A DNA stretch of 40,000 nucleotides from Erwinia phage pEa_SNUABM_54: sequence record MW879341.1; one strand, given 5' to 3'. The notes under the pieces are model-generated. The model did not search any database, had not been told where the DNA came from, and saw only the letters and a list, made by a program, of their open reading frames with translations. A program made the translations under genes and the position numbers. Each line of letters opens with the position of its first letter. Position 1 is the stretch's first letter. Of the stretch, positions 1 to 8,965 are shown in pieces.

Positions 1-5
1 CGGTA

Positions 6-209
6 ATGCCGGAGGAACCCTTCAAGATCGACCCAGACAACCCTGGATACAAGTACCATCAGAAACTCGTGCGTCTCTATCCAGATGCTGAGATTCGTGC
101 CCAGGTTGTTAACGATGCGTTAGAACGCGCTATGGACGGCTCAAAGCATCTCCCGCCAGATGAGCTGTATGATCCAGACGACGAGGTGGACGACTATCAT
201 CAATGGTAA
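6..209 (+). CDS. hypothetical protein
   Basis: ORF of 67 aa, acidic C-terminus, stop overlaps the next start. Confidence 0.55.
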   Translation: MPEEPFKIDPDNPGYKYHQKLVRLYPDAEIRAQVVNDALERAMDGSKHLPPDELYDPDDEVDDYHQW

Positions 210-571
210 AGATCTATACGGCCCAAATCGCGAAGTGGCGTAAGTGTAAGGAACTAGGTGTACCACTCATCGATACAACGGTGAAGTCGGGTATCAAGAC
301 CTTTGCGCCTTCGTGGGATATCGTTAGTCGTGTTAAGGCAGGTACTCTCAGTGAGGTAGGTTATACTGAGCAGTACCTTGCCATGATGCGTGTGAGTTTC
401 TCAAATAACAAAGAGGAATGGTTAGCACTGCTTCGTGATAACGAAGCTATAGCAATAGCGTGTTACTGTACGGCAGGGAAGTTCTGCCACCGATATCTTT
501 TGGTCGATTACCTAGTTAAAGTGTGTGAGCACTTCGGTATTGCTTACGAACTCTGCGGAGAGATCCAGTAA
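203..571 (+). CDS. DUF488-like protein
   Basis: C-terminal 'AIACYCTAGKFCHRYLLVDYLVK' resembles the Cys/CHR signature of DUF488 proteins; overlaps the upstream stop. Confidence 0.6.
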   Translation: MVKIYTAQIAKWRKCKELGVPLIDTTVKSGIKTFAPSWDIVSRVKAGTLSEVGYTEQYLAMMRVSFSNNKEEWLALLRDNEAIAIACYCTAGKFCHRYLLVDYLVKVCEHFGIAYELCGEIQ

Positions 572-683
572 ATAAATACTGAGCAGGATTATCTTGTAGT
601 TGAAATATACTATCGCAATCACTCGAAAGGGTGATGCAAAAAGAATTCTGTAAATCAAAGGAAAGATTTATTAACTAATAAAC

Positions 684-792
684 TAGATACGTAGTATCTA
701 CCCTTTAAGTTGTATTCACTAAGAATACAACGGTATGTTTGGACTTGGGTTTATTAGAGTAACTTTTCCAACTAGGGGACGTTTAGTCCCCC
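684..792 (+). promoter_or_regulatory. leader region with three consecutive stem-loops
   Basis: TAGATAC-gta-GTATCTA (684-700), GTTGTATTC-actaa-GAATACAAC (709-731), GGGGAC-gttta-GTCCCC (775-791), in the ~240-bp gap before the 813 ORF. Confidence 0.45.
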
Positions 793-812
793 TTGTTTAA
801 AGGATGTGAGTT

Positions 813-1205
813 ATGTCGAGAGAGTCAGTTATTGGTATGCGCATGCGTATCAACGTTATACAGAACATCTTCCGCTATATCGATACTACTGGTGATTATA
901 CAGTCGGTCGGTTAGAGGACGCACTCTATCTTTTAAAGGCTGCGATAGACGCCGGTGGTGAGTTTACCCTACCGCCCAAAATCCCACACATTAACGTATT
1001 GTTTCAGTACAACGAGTACCCGATGGATTTAGTCTACGGGAAAATACTGAAGCTGTTTGGCATGGATGGCGACACTAACGATCGCCGTATCGCGATGGCT
1101 GTCTTAATTGGCACCACGGTTAGAATCGAAACACTGATTAAATTCACCGAAAAGGTGAAATTGGCTGAAGCTGCGGGTATGGGGTTTGTTGTATGGAAAC
1201 CATAG
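813..1205 (+). CDS. hypothetical protein
   Basis: 130 aa ORF, overlaps the next ORF. Confidence 0.7.
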   Translation: MSRESVIGMRMRINVIQNIFRYIDTTGDYTVGRLEDALYLLKAAIDAGGEFTLPPKIPHINVLFQYNEYPMDLVYGKILKLFGMDGDTNDRRIAMAVLIGTTVRIETLIKFTEKVKLAEAAGMGFVVWKP

Positions 1206-1528
1206 AGGTACTAGAGAAGTTAACGATTATCTGCCAGGAGGTAGACTTACGTGGTGGCTTCACATTGTCAGAACTGATGACAGTGCATGACATCGTTAAG
1301 TTTGTCCAACTGAACTACCCAGGGTATCCGAATAGCTTAACGCCGGAGATTCTTCGCATGCGTGTGCAGTACGACGGATACACTATCGACATGTTATCCT
1401 TTGCCGCATTGGATGTAGCAAAGACTGTCGCCCCTAAACGGTTACACGCAGTGCTGGGAATTATTGGCGCACGCGCTGCACTCTGCTTACGTAACCACTT
1501 TTACATTGCAACAAATTTAAGGAATTAA
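1193..1528 (+). CDS. hypothetical protein
   Basis: 111 aa ORF, overlapping start. Confidence 0.65.
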   Translation: METIEVLEKLTIICQEVDLRGGFTLSELMTVHDIVKFVQLNYPGYPNSLTPEILRMRVQYDGYTIDMLSFAALDVAKTVAPKRLHAVLGIIGARAALCLRNHFYIATNLRN

Positions 1529-1532
1529 GCTA

Positions 1533-2201
1533 ATGCGTTCACATATGATGCTTTCCCCAATGAGCCTGTCTGGTATGGGTATGTTCGATAGTTCACGTAT
1601 CTCTATTCCGGCGGTGGGTCAGCGTTTACCGGTAGTTGAAGGCTACGTTGTTATTCAGGATGACGCACGTCCTGAGTTGGCTGTCGTTATGTTTGATGGT
1701 GGGGTCGTAGCTACTGCCACTTTGGGCGTACCGCAGCAAGCGCACGAGTATGGCTTTATGTCCGAGTACCACACAAAGTACGAAGTGGTGTTGAAAATCA
1801 ACATCGCTGCTGACGAGTGGGATATCTCCATTAAGACAGAAGACCTCAGCTACGTACGCGGGTTGGTAGTGGCATGCAAGGAAAGTGAAATCGCACCACT
1901 GCTTCGTCTGTGTCTGGACGATGAAGTAAATGAAGAAGGGTTCACCATCGATACTGACTACGTGGATAATCTGATCACCCGTCTGGAGAATCACTTCCCA
2001 GAACACGGGCTGGACTTCTACCCGAGCGATGCCTTCTTTAGCCACACCTCAGGCGACGAACCAGATAACCACCTGGTCGCTATCGTAGACCGCGTAACTA
2101 GCCGCCTGATCGGCTATGTGCAGAAATCCACTGGTGGGGAACTGACTCACCAGCTGTTCCTTTCCACCGGTCGTAGTGACTTGATCTCAGCTTTACTCTA
2201 A
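1533..2201 (+). CDS. hypothetical protein
   Basis: 222 aa ORF in an operon-like arrangement. Confidence 0.75.
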   Translation: MRSHMMLSPMSLSGMGMFDSSRISIPAVGQRLPVVEGYVVIQDDARPELAVVMFDGGVVATATLGVPQQAHEYGFMSEYHTKYEVVLKINIAADEWDISIKTEDLSYVRGLVVACKESEIAPLLRLCLDDEVNEEGFTIDTDYVDNLITRLENHFPEHGLDFYPSDAFFSHTSGDEPDNHLVAIVDRVTSRLIGYVQKSTGGELTHQLFLSTGRSDLISALL

Positions 2202-2210
2202 ATCAAAATA

Positions 2211-2235
2211 ATTTCAAATATATATTACCTCTGTG
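2211..2235 (+). promoter_or_regulatory. candidate phage promoter element (copy 1)
   Basis: ATTTCAAATATATATTACCTCTGTG; intergenic; near-identical to 12916-12940 and 27328-27352. Confidence 0.55.
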
Positions 2236-2286
2236 CCAATAAGGGCACAGAGCTTTTAACTATTACCATTAATAAGGAATACCATT

Positions 2287-2718
2287 ATGTCAAACAAAGC
2301 AATGTACGCTGATCAATTCGTAGCTCGCCTGGTTGTCCTGCTGCCTAACGTGTCAATCGAGCAAGCTCAAAAGTGGGTAAATGCCGCCCGCAATGAAAAC
2401 TGTGTGGAAGGTTTAGTGCAGCCAGTGGCTCACGCCATGGGTACCAAAGCTGGAATGATCAAAGAGTGGCGAGTACGTCAGTTGCTTAAAGCATTCCTGG
2501 TGCCAGAGAACATGAACACGTTGCCTGCCTTGAACTCACTGATTACTTGGTGTCAGGATAACTATAGCTGGTCTACTACCTGTACTAACACTGGTTCAGT
2601 GGGTGAACACTGGTTTGTTTGTAAGTCACTTGCAGAGTACGTTTCATACGGTACTCCAGCCAGAAAGATCGGCGAGCGTATGACAATGCGTCTGGCTGTA
2701 TTATGTAAACCTCTGTAA
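2287..2718 (+). CDS. hypothetical protein
   Basis: 143 aa ORF starting downstream of aaggaat. Confidence 0.75.
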   Translation: MSNKAMYADQFVARLVVLLPNVSIEQAQKWVNAARNENCVEGLVQPVAHAMGTKAGMIKEWRVRQLLKAFLVPENMNTLPALNSLITWCQDNYSWSTTCTNTGSVGEHWFVCKSLAEYVSYGTPARKIGERMTMRLAVLCKPL

Positions 2719-2816
2719 AAAATTACATAAGTGTCTAATAATGTAGAGAAAAGTACAGTCCCTCAGCTGAACTTTAGCCGTCCTCCACGCGGTCTCTGCT
2801 TCCACTACTTCGTCTA

Positions 2817-2844
2817 AAGGGATACCCTTAATTGGGTATCCCTT
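2817..2844 (+). terminator. hairpin followed by TTATG
   Basis: AAGGGATACCC-TTAATT-GGGTATCCCTT perfect 11-bp stem, followed by ATG (cccttatg). Confidence 0.6.
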
Positions 2845-2869
2845 ATGTTCGCCACTAAGGAAATGAGCT

Positions 2870-3478
2870 ATGTTAGAGAAACAACATTCCAGAATACTGG
2901 AGGTTGTCAACGGTCTGATTGCTGAGTCCAAATTGCTGGATGTTAAGTACGGTCCAGACGAACTCCCTGAATTAAACACTCGCGAGTATATCTCAGAGTT
3001 GTTAACCGGTGTTGGCTTTAAGTCCGATGAGTGTCGCTTCGAGTATATGGATAGCTACATCGGCAACATTGTCCGCTTTACTGTGGAAGATGCCATTATC
3101 GTTGACCTGCCGGCAAGCGTTGCTATCCGAGCGATGATCTATTCCAAACTGTTGGTGTTGGGTAGTCAGATACTGGAACAACCTGATGAACTCCTCGACG
3201 ATAAAGAGATCGAAGAGTGGATGTTGCAGATCGCTCAGTATTTCAAACTGACGCGGGTCTATGACTCCAAAGAAGTTGTCACTGCACTGAGTGGCACTAA
3301 AGACGTGGCTGATGCCTACATGGCTGCCTTCTTCTTCTGGTCTGATGACAAGTCACTGTATGACGTGGTTCGTCAGATTGCTACACTTTACTTGCCGTCG
3401 AATGGTTTCCGTCGTGAGACTATCCTGAAGCGCGCAATCATTGCTTTTAACTTATTAAAGAAAGAGAACGCAAAATGA
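2870..3478 (+). CDS. hypothetical protein
   Basis: 202 aa ORF. Confidence 0.75.
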   Translation: MLEKQHSRILEVVNGLIAESKLLDVKYGPDELPELNTREYISELLTGVGFKSDECRFEYMDSYIGNIVRFTVEDAIIVDLPASVAIRAMIYSKLLVLGSQILEQPDELLDDKEIEEWMLQIAQYFKLTRVYDSKEVVTALSGTKDVADAYMAAFFFWSDDKSLYDVVRQIATLYLPSNGFRRETILKRAIIAFNLLKKENAK

Positions 3479-4137
3479 TCGTAGATAACGTAACTATCGA
3501 AACCCTCACCCCGCTGTGTATCGTTGCCCAACTGGATGGCGGTAAAGGTAAAGTCGAAATTATCGAAGCGGCGCAGGGTGAAGCGTTCATGCGTTTCGGC
3601 GACAGTCCGGTAGAGCGTTATACCGCACTGATGGAACACGAAGACCTTTCCAATGAGAAAGTCGACGATAACGATAAGCTCTATCGTTTCATGTCAGACT
3701 TCTGGGAAGCCTTCTACAAACCAGAAGGTCACCAACTGATCGTTGAGCGTGCAGATTCTCCGCTGGGTTACGGTCAGATTGGATTGTTCCTGTTCGGCGT
3801 TCTGTCTAAGGTAGCTGACTACCCTGGCAACCTGCGTGTATCTGGTGTAAGTGTAGAACACACCTACGCGTCTCGCGCAACACAGCCGTCTATGCGTAAA
3901 GACCTGAAGGTTGAATGGCGTGCCAATGAGCAGCCTGCTAAAGCGGACTATTACTTCGCTGACCTGATGGCGTACCTGAACGGTCTGTCCGAACCGTACA
4001 ACTGCCAGTTCTTACTGAGCCAGTCTTACGGTAATTTCACCATCACACCGAAGTACAAAGGTTACAACGACAAACGTCACCTGCGTATGAACGAAGATCT
4101 GGATCGTGTGTTGGGTGTACGGCATGAGAAAGCGTAA
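3475..4137 (+). CDS. hypothetical protein
   Basis: 220 aa ORF, ATGA overlap with the previous stop. Confidence 0.75.
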   Translation: MIVDNVTIETLTPLCIVAQLDGGKGKVEIIEAAQGEAFMRFGDSPVERYTALMEHEDLSNEKVDDNDKLYRFMSDFWEAFYKPEGHQLIVERADSPLGYGQIGLFLFGVLSKVADYPGNLRVSGVSVEHTYASRATQPSMRKDLKVEWRANEQPAKADYYFADLMAYLNGLSEPYNCQFLLSQSYGNFTITPKYKGYNDKRHLRMNEDLDRVLGVRHEKA

Positions 4138-4396
4138 GCCACAGAAAACAAAACCTCGCCTGGGCTATGAAGAAACCGTAGCTCAAGTAAACGAGTTGGG
4201 TGATGCGCTGAATGTATTCAGTCTAGCCCTGCACGGTGATATAACGGAAGATCGCCTCAAAGCGTTAATCCAAAAGAAACTAGGTAGTTCAATCTACCCT
4301 CAGTCTAGAAAGATCGGTTATCAGCTGGTAGCGTCAAATGACCCAGTTGCTTTAATAAACGCTTTAAGACAAAAACTGCATAACGCAATTAATTAA
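4124..4396 (+). CDS. small basic hypothetical protein
   Basis: Internal start of ORF 4106..4396 (MRKRKPQKTKPRLG...). Confidence 0.6.
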   Translation: MRKRKPQKTKPRLGYEETVAQVNELGDALNVFSLALHGDITEDRLKALIQKKLGSSIYPQSRKIGYQLVASNDPVALINALRQKLHNAIN

Positions 4397-4401
4397 GGAT
4401 T

Positions 4402-4833
4402 ATGATGAAACGCACTTTACTCGCACTGGCTTTACTGGTTCCTGCAATCGCTCACGCTAACTGGCATGGCAAAGACGCCAGCACCATTGGTGTTGATAGC
4501 GGGAAAGCTCAGTTGGACCTTACCGTCGTAACCAACGAAGATAACCCAACTGACGAAGGTATCGCTCTGTATTACTATCCGGCCGCACAGCCAAAGACCT
4601 GCGACTACACCACGGGGGTCTTTGAGATCTTCGATGTCAACGGTGAGAAAGTAGAGTTTAAGAAGTTCTGCATTAATGGTGGTAAATCTCCAGTAGCGTA
4701 TACTCCTTCTACTTTCCAGGAAGCGGGTAAAGTGATCGATCTCCTTACCAAAGAGCCTAACGTGGTCATCCAAGGCGTAGCATTCACCACGCGTGGATTT
4801 GCTGAGCAGGTTGAAGTCTTAATGGGTCAGTAA
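4402..4833 (+). CDS. predicted secreted/periplasmic protein with Sec signal peptide
   Basis: N-terminus MMKRTLLALALLVPAIAHA-N: basic n-region, hydrophobic core, AHA cleavage-like site; two Cys in the mature part. Confidence 0.75.
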   Translation: MMKRTLLALALLVPAIAHANWHGKDASTIGVDSGKAQLDLTVVTNEDNPTDEGIALYYYPAAQPKTCDYTTGVFEIFDVNGEKVEFKKFCINGGKSPVAYTPSTFQEAGKVIDLLTKEPNVVIQGVAFTTRGFAEQVEVLMGQ

Positions 4834-4840
4834 TAGAAAC

Positions 4841-4860
4841 GGGACCTTAGGGTCCCTTTC
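4841..4860 (+). terminator. rho-independent terminator
   Basis: GGGACC-TTAG-GGTCCC-TTTC. Confidence 0.65.
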
Positions 4861-4922
4861 ATTACTCTTTTCTTTTTACCCCTATCATACGACACTATCT
4901 ATTCAAACTCTGAGGGGGTTTT

Positions 4923-5147
4923 ATGTTATTCTGTTGTGACGAATGTAACTGTGTGGACGATAGCGATTTTGCACATCCTAACGCATTGGCACAAAAGCCG
5001 GGTGTATGGTTATGTTCAGCATGTCGTCCGATTTCTATTAACGGTCGCGTTGTAGACGGAGAGTGGCATAACGCCTTCCCTAAGGAAGAGTACGATCCTC
5101 AACAGGATGTCGTGTGTAACCGTCCCTCAGGACTAGGGTTGAGCTGA
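4923..5147 (+). CDS. small zinc-binding protein
   Basis: Two CxxC knuckles (CDEC, CSAC) plus 'GEWHNAFPKEEYDP'. Confidence 0.65.
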   Translation: MLFCCDECNCVDDSDFAHPNALAQKPGVWLCSACRPISINGRVVDGEWHNAFPKEEYDPQQDVVCNRPSGLGLS

Positions 5148-5626
5148 TGTATGTAGTCGTTCGTGGCAATGCCATCGACATCGCTATTCAAAACGAAGTA
5201 CATTTCGGTCATGGTTGTAATTGCTTTAACCGCATTAAGTCTGGCGTAGCTAAAGAAGTGCGTGACAGGCTCTATCCGATGGTTGAAGCTGATGATCGTA
5301 CTGTGCGTGGAGATCGTTATAAGCTCGGGTCGTACAGCTACCACAAATTCCCATGGGGTATTGGGTTTAACTTCTACACCCAGTACACGTACTCCCGTGA
5401 GGGTATAGTGGCTGACTACGATGCTATCCGCCGTTCGATTGGTGGTGCAATCCAGCGTATCCAGATACAGGACAACAGACCTTTGGTTATTCCGAAGATC
5501 GGTTCTGGTCTAGCAGGTGGTGATTGGGCAACTATTGAAGATATCCTTCAAAACATCACACCTCGCGATTTCAAGCTGGTTGTCGTAGAGTACGACAAAA
5601 CGGTCTCTAAGCAACCGATTGTCTAA
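5147..5626 (+). CDS. macro domain (ADP-ribose-binding/hydrolase-like) protein
   Basis: N-terminal 'IQNEVHFGHGCNCFNRIKSGVAKEVRDRLYP' and 'PLVIPKIGSGLAGGDWATIEDIL' match macro domain loops; translationally coupled to the zinc-finger ORF. Confidence 0.8.
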   Translation: MYVVVRGNAIDIAIQNEVHFGHGCNCFNRIKSGVAKEVRDRLYPMVEADDRTVRGDRYKLGSYSYHKFPWGIGFNFYTQYTYSREGIVADYDAIRRSIGGAIQRIQIQDNRPLVIPKIGSGLAGGDWATIEDILQNITPRDFKLVVVEYDKTVSKQPIV

Positions 5627-5657
5627 ATCGTAGTTAGGTCAGTGAAACACATAAAAA

Positions 5658-5684
5658 TCGCTCTCAGTGTTTCTGAGGGCGTTT
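5658..5684 (+). terminator. rho-independent terminator followed by TATG
   Basis: CGCTCTCAG-tgttt-CTGAGGGCG-TTTTATG. Confidence 0.75.
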
Positions 5685-5756
5685 TATGCTGTATTTAAAT
5701 ACATTCCTCCCCAAATTTATGACGAAGTAGCTTTTTTACAACTGGGAGCGGTTTAG

Positions 5757-6233
5757 ATGAGTCAGGCAAATAAACAACTGAAGGTATTGATTCTTTCAGT
5801 TCAAACAATGCAACGTGAAGTTATCTCACGAGCAACACAATGGGCTATTGCAAACCGTGTGGAGAATTTAACGGAAGAACAGTGGTGTCATTGGTGTTCG
5901 TTGATTATTGACGACACGCTCAATGGGTTGATGAAGTGGGTGGAAGGGAAACATGAGGATGCCTTCAACTTTCTGTTAGAAAACCTACCGTGGTTTACGT
6001 TAGACGACGATAGCGGTTTACGTACATCGTTTGAAGACTACGTGTCATTAGACGTGACCCGCAAGTACGTTACCAACCCACTGTGTGAATACGTAGGCGT
6101 TACGTGGAAGGTGTGGACTACTCGTCCTTTCGATGACGATCTTGCCGTCGAAGAGGGTATGGACTACCGTGTGCTAGAATGGTATCGCATCACTGGGAAG
6201 GAGCTACCTGCCGGACATGAAGCTGGAGTATAA
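5757..6233 (+). CDS. hypothetical protein
   Basis: 158 aa ORF. Confidence 0.65.
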   Translation: MSQANKQLKVLILSVQTMQREVISRATQWAIANRVENLTEEQWCHWCSLIIDDTLNGLMKWVEGKHEDAFNFLLENLPWFTLDDDSGLRTSFEDYVSLDVTRKYVTNPLCEYVGVTWKVWTTRPFDDDLAVEEGMDYRVLEWYRITGKELPAGHEAGV

Positions 6234-6576
6234 GCAAGCATTTGTTTACGACACCGAGCGAGTAGTTAATGAATTCTACAAATTGTTAGACAGCGTGAAT
6301 TGTCCCGCCGCAATGACCATACCGGATACCGTGTTAGTGCAAGCGGTTATGAACCAGGTTATGGGGTATTCCCCACATCGTGGTACAGCATCGCGGAGAG
6401 TATTGCATGATCTCCAACTGTTCGGTATACCGCCATTGGTCGCCGAGGACTTATTCAATCAACTGTGTACAATAATAAGCCAGAGACTACAGTCATTGTT
6501 AGGTAGAGCTCCTTTCAGAACTGAGCATCAATGGCGACATGTAGACGACACAAGCATTTTAATAATGGAGCAATAG
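6217..6576 (+). CDS. hypothetical protein
   Basis: 119 aa ORF, overlaps the upstream ORF, followed immediately by the 6577 ORF. Confidence 0.6.
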   Translation: MKLEYKQAFVYDTERVVNEFYKLLDSVNCPAAMTIPDTVLVQAVMNQVMGYSPHRGTASRRVLHDLQLFGIPPLVAEDLFNQLCTIISQRLQSLLGRAPFRTEHQWRHVDDTSILIMEQ

Positions 6577-7167
6577 ATGCACGACTCAGTCATTATCGTA
6601 ATTGACGATACTGTACTGTGCGACTATCTGAGCATCCAACCCGCCACTTCTGCTTTCGAGCAGGAGTGGTTGATTATGCTCGCAATCGCACTATGGGATA
6701 ATTCCCAAAGTAATGGGGACGCTGGGGAAGACTTAGGTCAGTGGTTAATGCGTTATTTACCAGCACACCATAACGAGACACTGTGCTTTATGTCAAGTTA
6801 TACGAATGCGAACTACAGTGTGACGCTGTTGAATGTGGTTCGAATTATCATCGATGTCGTTAATGATCTTGTAGAGTTGATTAACCGCCACTTTGATCGT
6901 GCGTTGTCAGGTTACGTGTATGCTGGAGGTTGGACTATCACCAGTATCCACTTTGCAGACGGAGTGTACATTCGTTATGACAGGACCTATATCAATGAAC
7001 TCCAAAGCGCCGCTGACAGCTTACTGCCTAGACTTGACCTCATACAGCGAAACGTTCAAGGCACATCTCGGGGTACTTTGGGATTCCGCACACAAAGAGT
7101 GTCTGGAGGCGATCGCCATCCTCTCACATCGCAGGTGGATAACCAATACCCATCTCGATTCCGTTAG
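6577..7167 (+). CDS. hypothetical protein (possibly frameshifted; may continue in frame 6893..7384)
   Basis: ORF N-terminus well placed, but the second half of the downstream +1 frame also looks protein-like and runs up to the next start. Confidence 0.5.
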   Translation: MHDSVIIVIDDTVLCDYLSIQPATSAFEQEWLIMLAIALWDNSQSNGDAGEDLGQWLMRYLPAHHNETLCFMSSYTNANYSVTLLNVVRIIIDVVNDLVELINRHFDRALSGYVYAGGWTITSIHFADGVYIRYDRTYINELQSAADSLLPRLDLIQRNVQGTSRGTLGFRTQRVSGGDRHPLTSQVDNQYPSRFR

Positions 7168-7391
7168 TTTAATCGCAGTGTCCTCCACCCTGACCAAACA
7201 TTGGGGGTATTTAGAGCCCCCGGAATCTGGAAAGGTATACGACATCTTAGGGAACATGTTGATCTGTTGTTCTAATGAATGTTGGTTGTTGTTCCAAGAC
7301 GTGTTTGACGATCGTACTCGCCACTCACGACTTACGGATGTAAAGGTTGACGATTTATACACGATAGTTATGATTTTTGAGTGAGGTATGT

Positions 7392-7805
7392 ATGGCTTCC
7401 CCGGTTTTCTGTATGGCGTACGATTTGCGGTTTCTGGGGAGCGGCCCACACTTTGATGAATTAGCACGCTATTTCAGTTTCGAGCAAATCGTCCACTACG
7501 CTGTCGATGGGTACTACAGTTCTTTTGATTCCGAGGCAACTGAAGAGTGGAAAGATATCATCGATTGTAACCTGACTGAGTTGCTGGATTCAGATTACTC
7601 GCTCCCACTCACAATCGACAAACGTGCCATAGTTGAGTACTACATAAGTCAAATGAGTATGTACGTTGGGTGGTTAGGTAAGTATATCGCCTTTCCTAAA
7701 GAAGGATACCACACAGTAGTACATAACGTCATCGTTAACCATTACGATGTCTATGTTGTGTGTGATAATTTGGAGGGACCGGTGTATGCATGGCAATTAC
7801 AATAA
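7392..7805 (+). CDS. hypothetical protein
   Basis: ATG downstream of GTGAGG within ORF 7377..7805. Confidence 0.6.
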   Translation: MASPVFCMAYDLRFLGSGPHFDELARYFSFEQIVHYAVDGYYSSFDSEATEEWKDIIDCNLTELLDSDYSLPLTIDKRAIVEYYISQMSMYVGWLGKYIAFPKEGYHTVVHNVIVNHYDVYVVCDNLEGPVYAWQLQ

Positions 7806-8205
7806 CCCACGGTACAATAGCAGCACTGCTTTATGGTGCGCTTATAACCTACCTGACCAGGACAATAGTTTCAGGTTAGTAGCGAGCAGCATGAATATAG
7901 AGGTGACCAGCTTTAGTTGGTTGTGTCTTCATATCGCCGTATTGAGACTCAGGGGTGTTGGTACGTCTGAGCAAGATCGCGAGGTTGCTGTTTGGTTAGA
8001 ACAGAGCTTGGGGACGACAGTGGAGGAGGACATTAATTTCTACAATATCTTAATACAGAATGTAGACATATTAGCAGACCTCCTCTGTGCAATCGTTGCC
8101 AAAACTATCAACGTATCAGCGTACGAGTGGATCTCAGCGAATCAGGTAATCCTTTCACCTGACTCAATGTTAATCGGCTTAAACGTCGTCGAGAGCTTAG
8201 TATGA
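7786..8205 (+). CDS. hypothetical protein
   Basis: Internal start in ORF 7747..8205, preceded by GGAGG; N-terminus uncertain. Confidence 0.5.
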   Translation: MHGNYNNPRYNSSTALWCAYNLPDQDNSFRLVASSMNIEVTSFSWLCLHIAVLRLRGVGTSEQDREVAVWLEQSLGTTVEEDINFYNILIQNVDILADLLCAIVAKTINVSAYEWISANQVILSPDSMLIGLNVVESLV

Positions 8206-8564
8206 ATAATAATGAATATGATAATCTCATCGTAGAAACCGATAAGATTTTCGAATACGTGTTGCAGCGTAATGTAGGGTTCGTACAAATCCTATACACT
8301 GCCGAAGAATTATTGTCTATGGGTATCACGACCTTCAATTGTCATCGCATGGGACAACTGGACCCATCTGCTAATAACAACCGCTACCTGCGTGAAGCCT
8401 ATCCTGGTGCTAACGAAGACCTGGAGTTGTTATTCGACCTGTTGGACCAAATCCGAATCCGCGTGGAGCAAAACGTCTCTGCTGCCGTTGCACGGTATGG
8501 TCAAGGTCGTCCTGTAGCAAACGTCCTGTTCCACGACTTTACCTTGTTGGTTGTTCTAGGGTAA
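8202..8564 (+). CDS. hypothetical protein
   Basis: 120 aa ORF, ATGA overlap. Confidence 0.65.
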   Translation: MNNNEYDNLIVETDKIFEYVLQRNVGFVQILYTAEELLSMGITTFNCHRMGQLDPSANNNRYLREAYPGANEDLELLFDLLDQIRIRVEQNVSAAVARYGQGRPVANVLFHDFTLLVVLG

Positions 8565-8569
8565 CAGCT

Positions 8570-8965
8570 ATGTATTTAGTCTTCGGTAATCCTGAGTTGG
8601 ACGAGTTATTACTAACCGTCCAGTCTCATCAATTTATAGACGTGCCACCTAACCCTTGGATGGCCGCCAATTACGTAACAAGGGCCGTTAGGTTTTTGCT
8701 GGGTGAGGATCTTACCGAGGACCAACATTTCGAAGAGTTCGTATTAGACTCATTGGAGCATTTGATCAATGAGTTCCTACGGAAACTTAATATGCCCTTT
8801 GCGAATGTGGACCTTCATGCCGAATCATGTGACCCATTCAACTTTTTCTTTATACTGGAGTTAAACGATGGATGTACTCGGCAAGGCCAATCTCCGCGAC
8901 ACCGTGAACTTTTCACTTTACAGTCGTACGCAAGCCATAATCAACATCAATTTCAACGGATCTAA
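8570..8965 (+). CDS. hypothetical protein
   Basis: 131 aa ORF; overlaps 8868 ORF by ~98 nt. Confidence 0.55.
   Translation: MYLVFGNPELDELLLTVQSHQFIDVPPNPWMAANYVTRAVRFLLGEDLTEDQHFEEFVLDSLEHLINEFLRKLNMPFANVDLHAESCDPFNFFFILELNDGCTRQGQSPRHRELFTLQSYASHNQHQFQRI

Noticed and set aside
8108-8338. Short minus-strand ORFs throughout accessory regions (e.g. 8108..8338, 2701..2979, 5099..5344)
   Set aside because: Overlap better plus-strand genes, lack ribosome binding sites, atypical composition.
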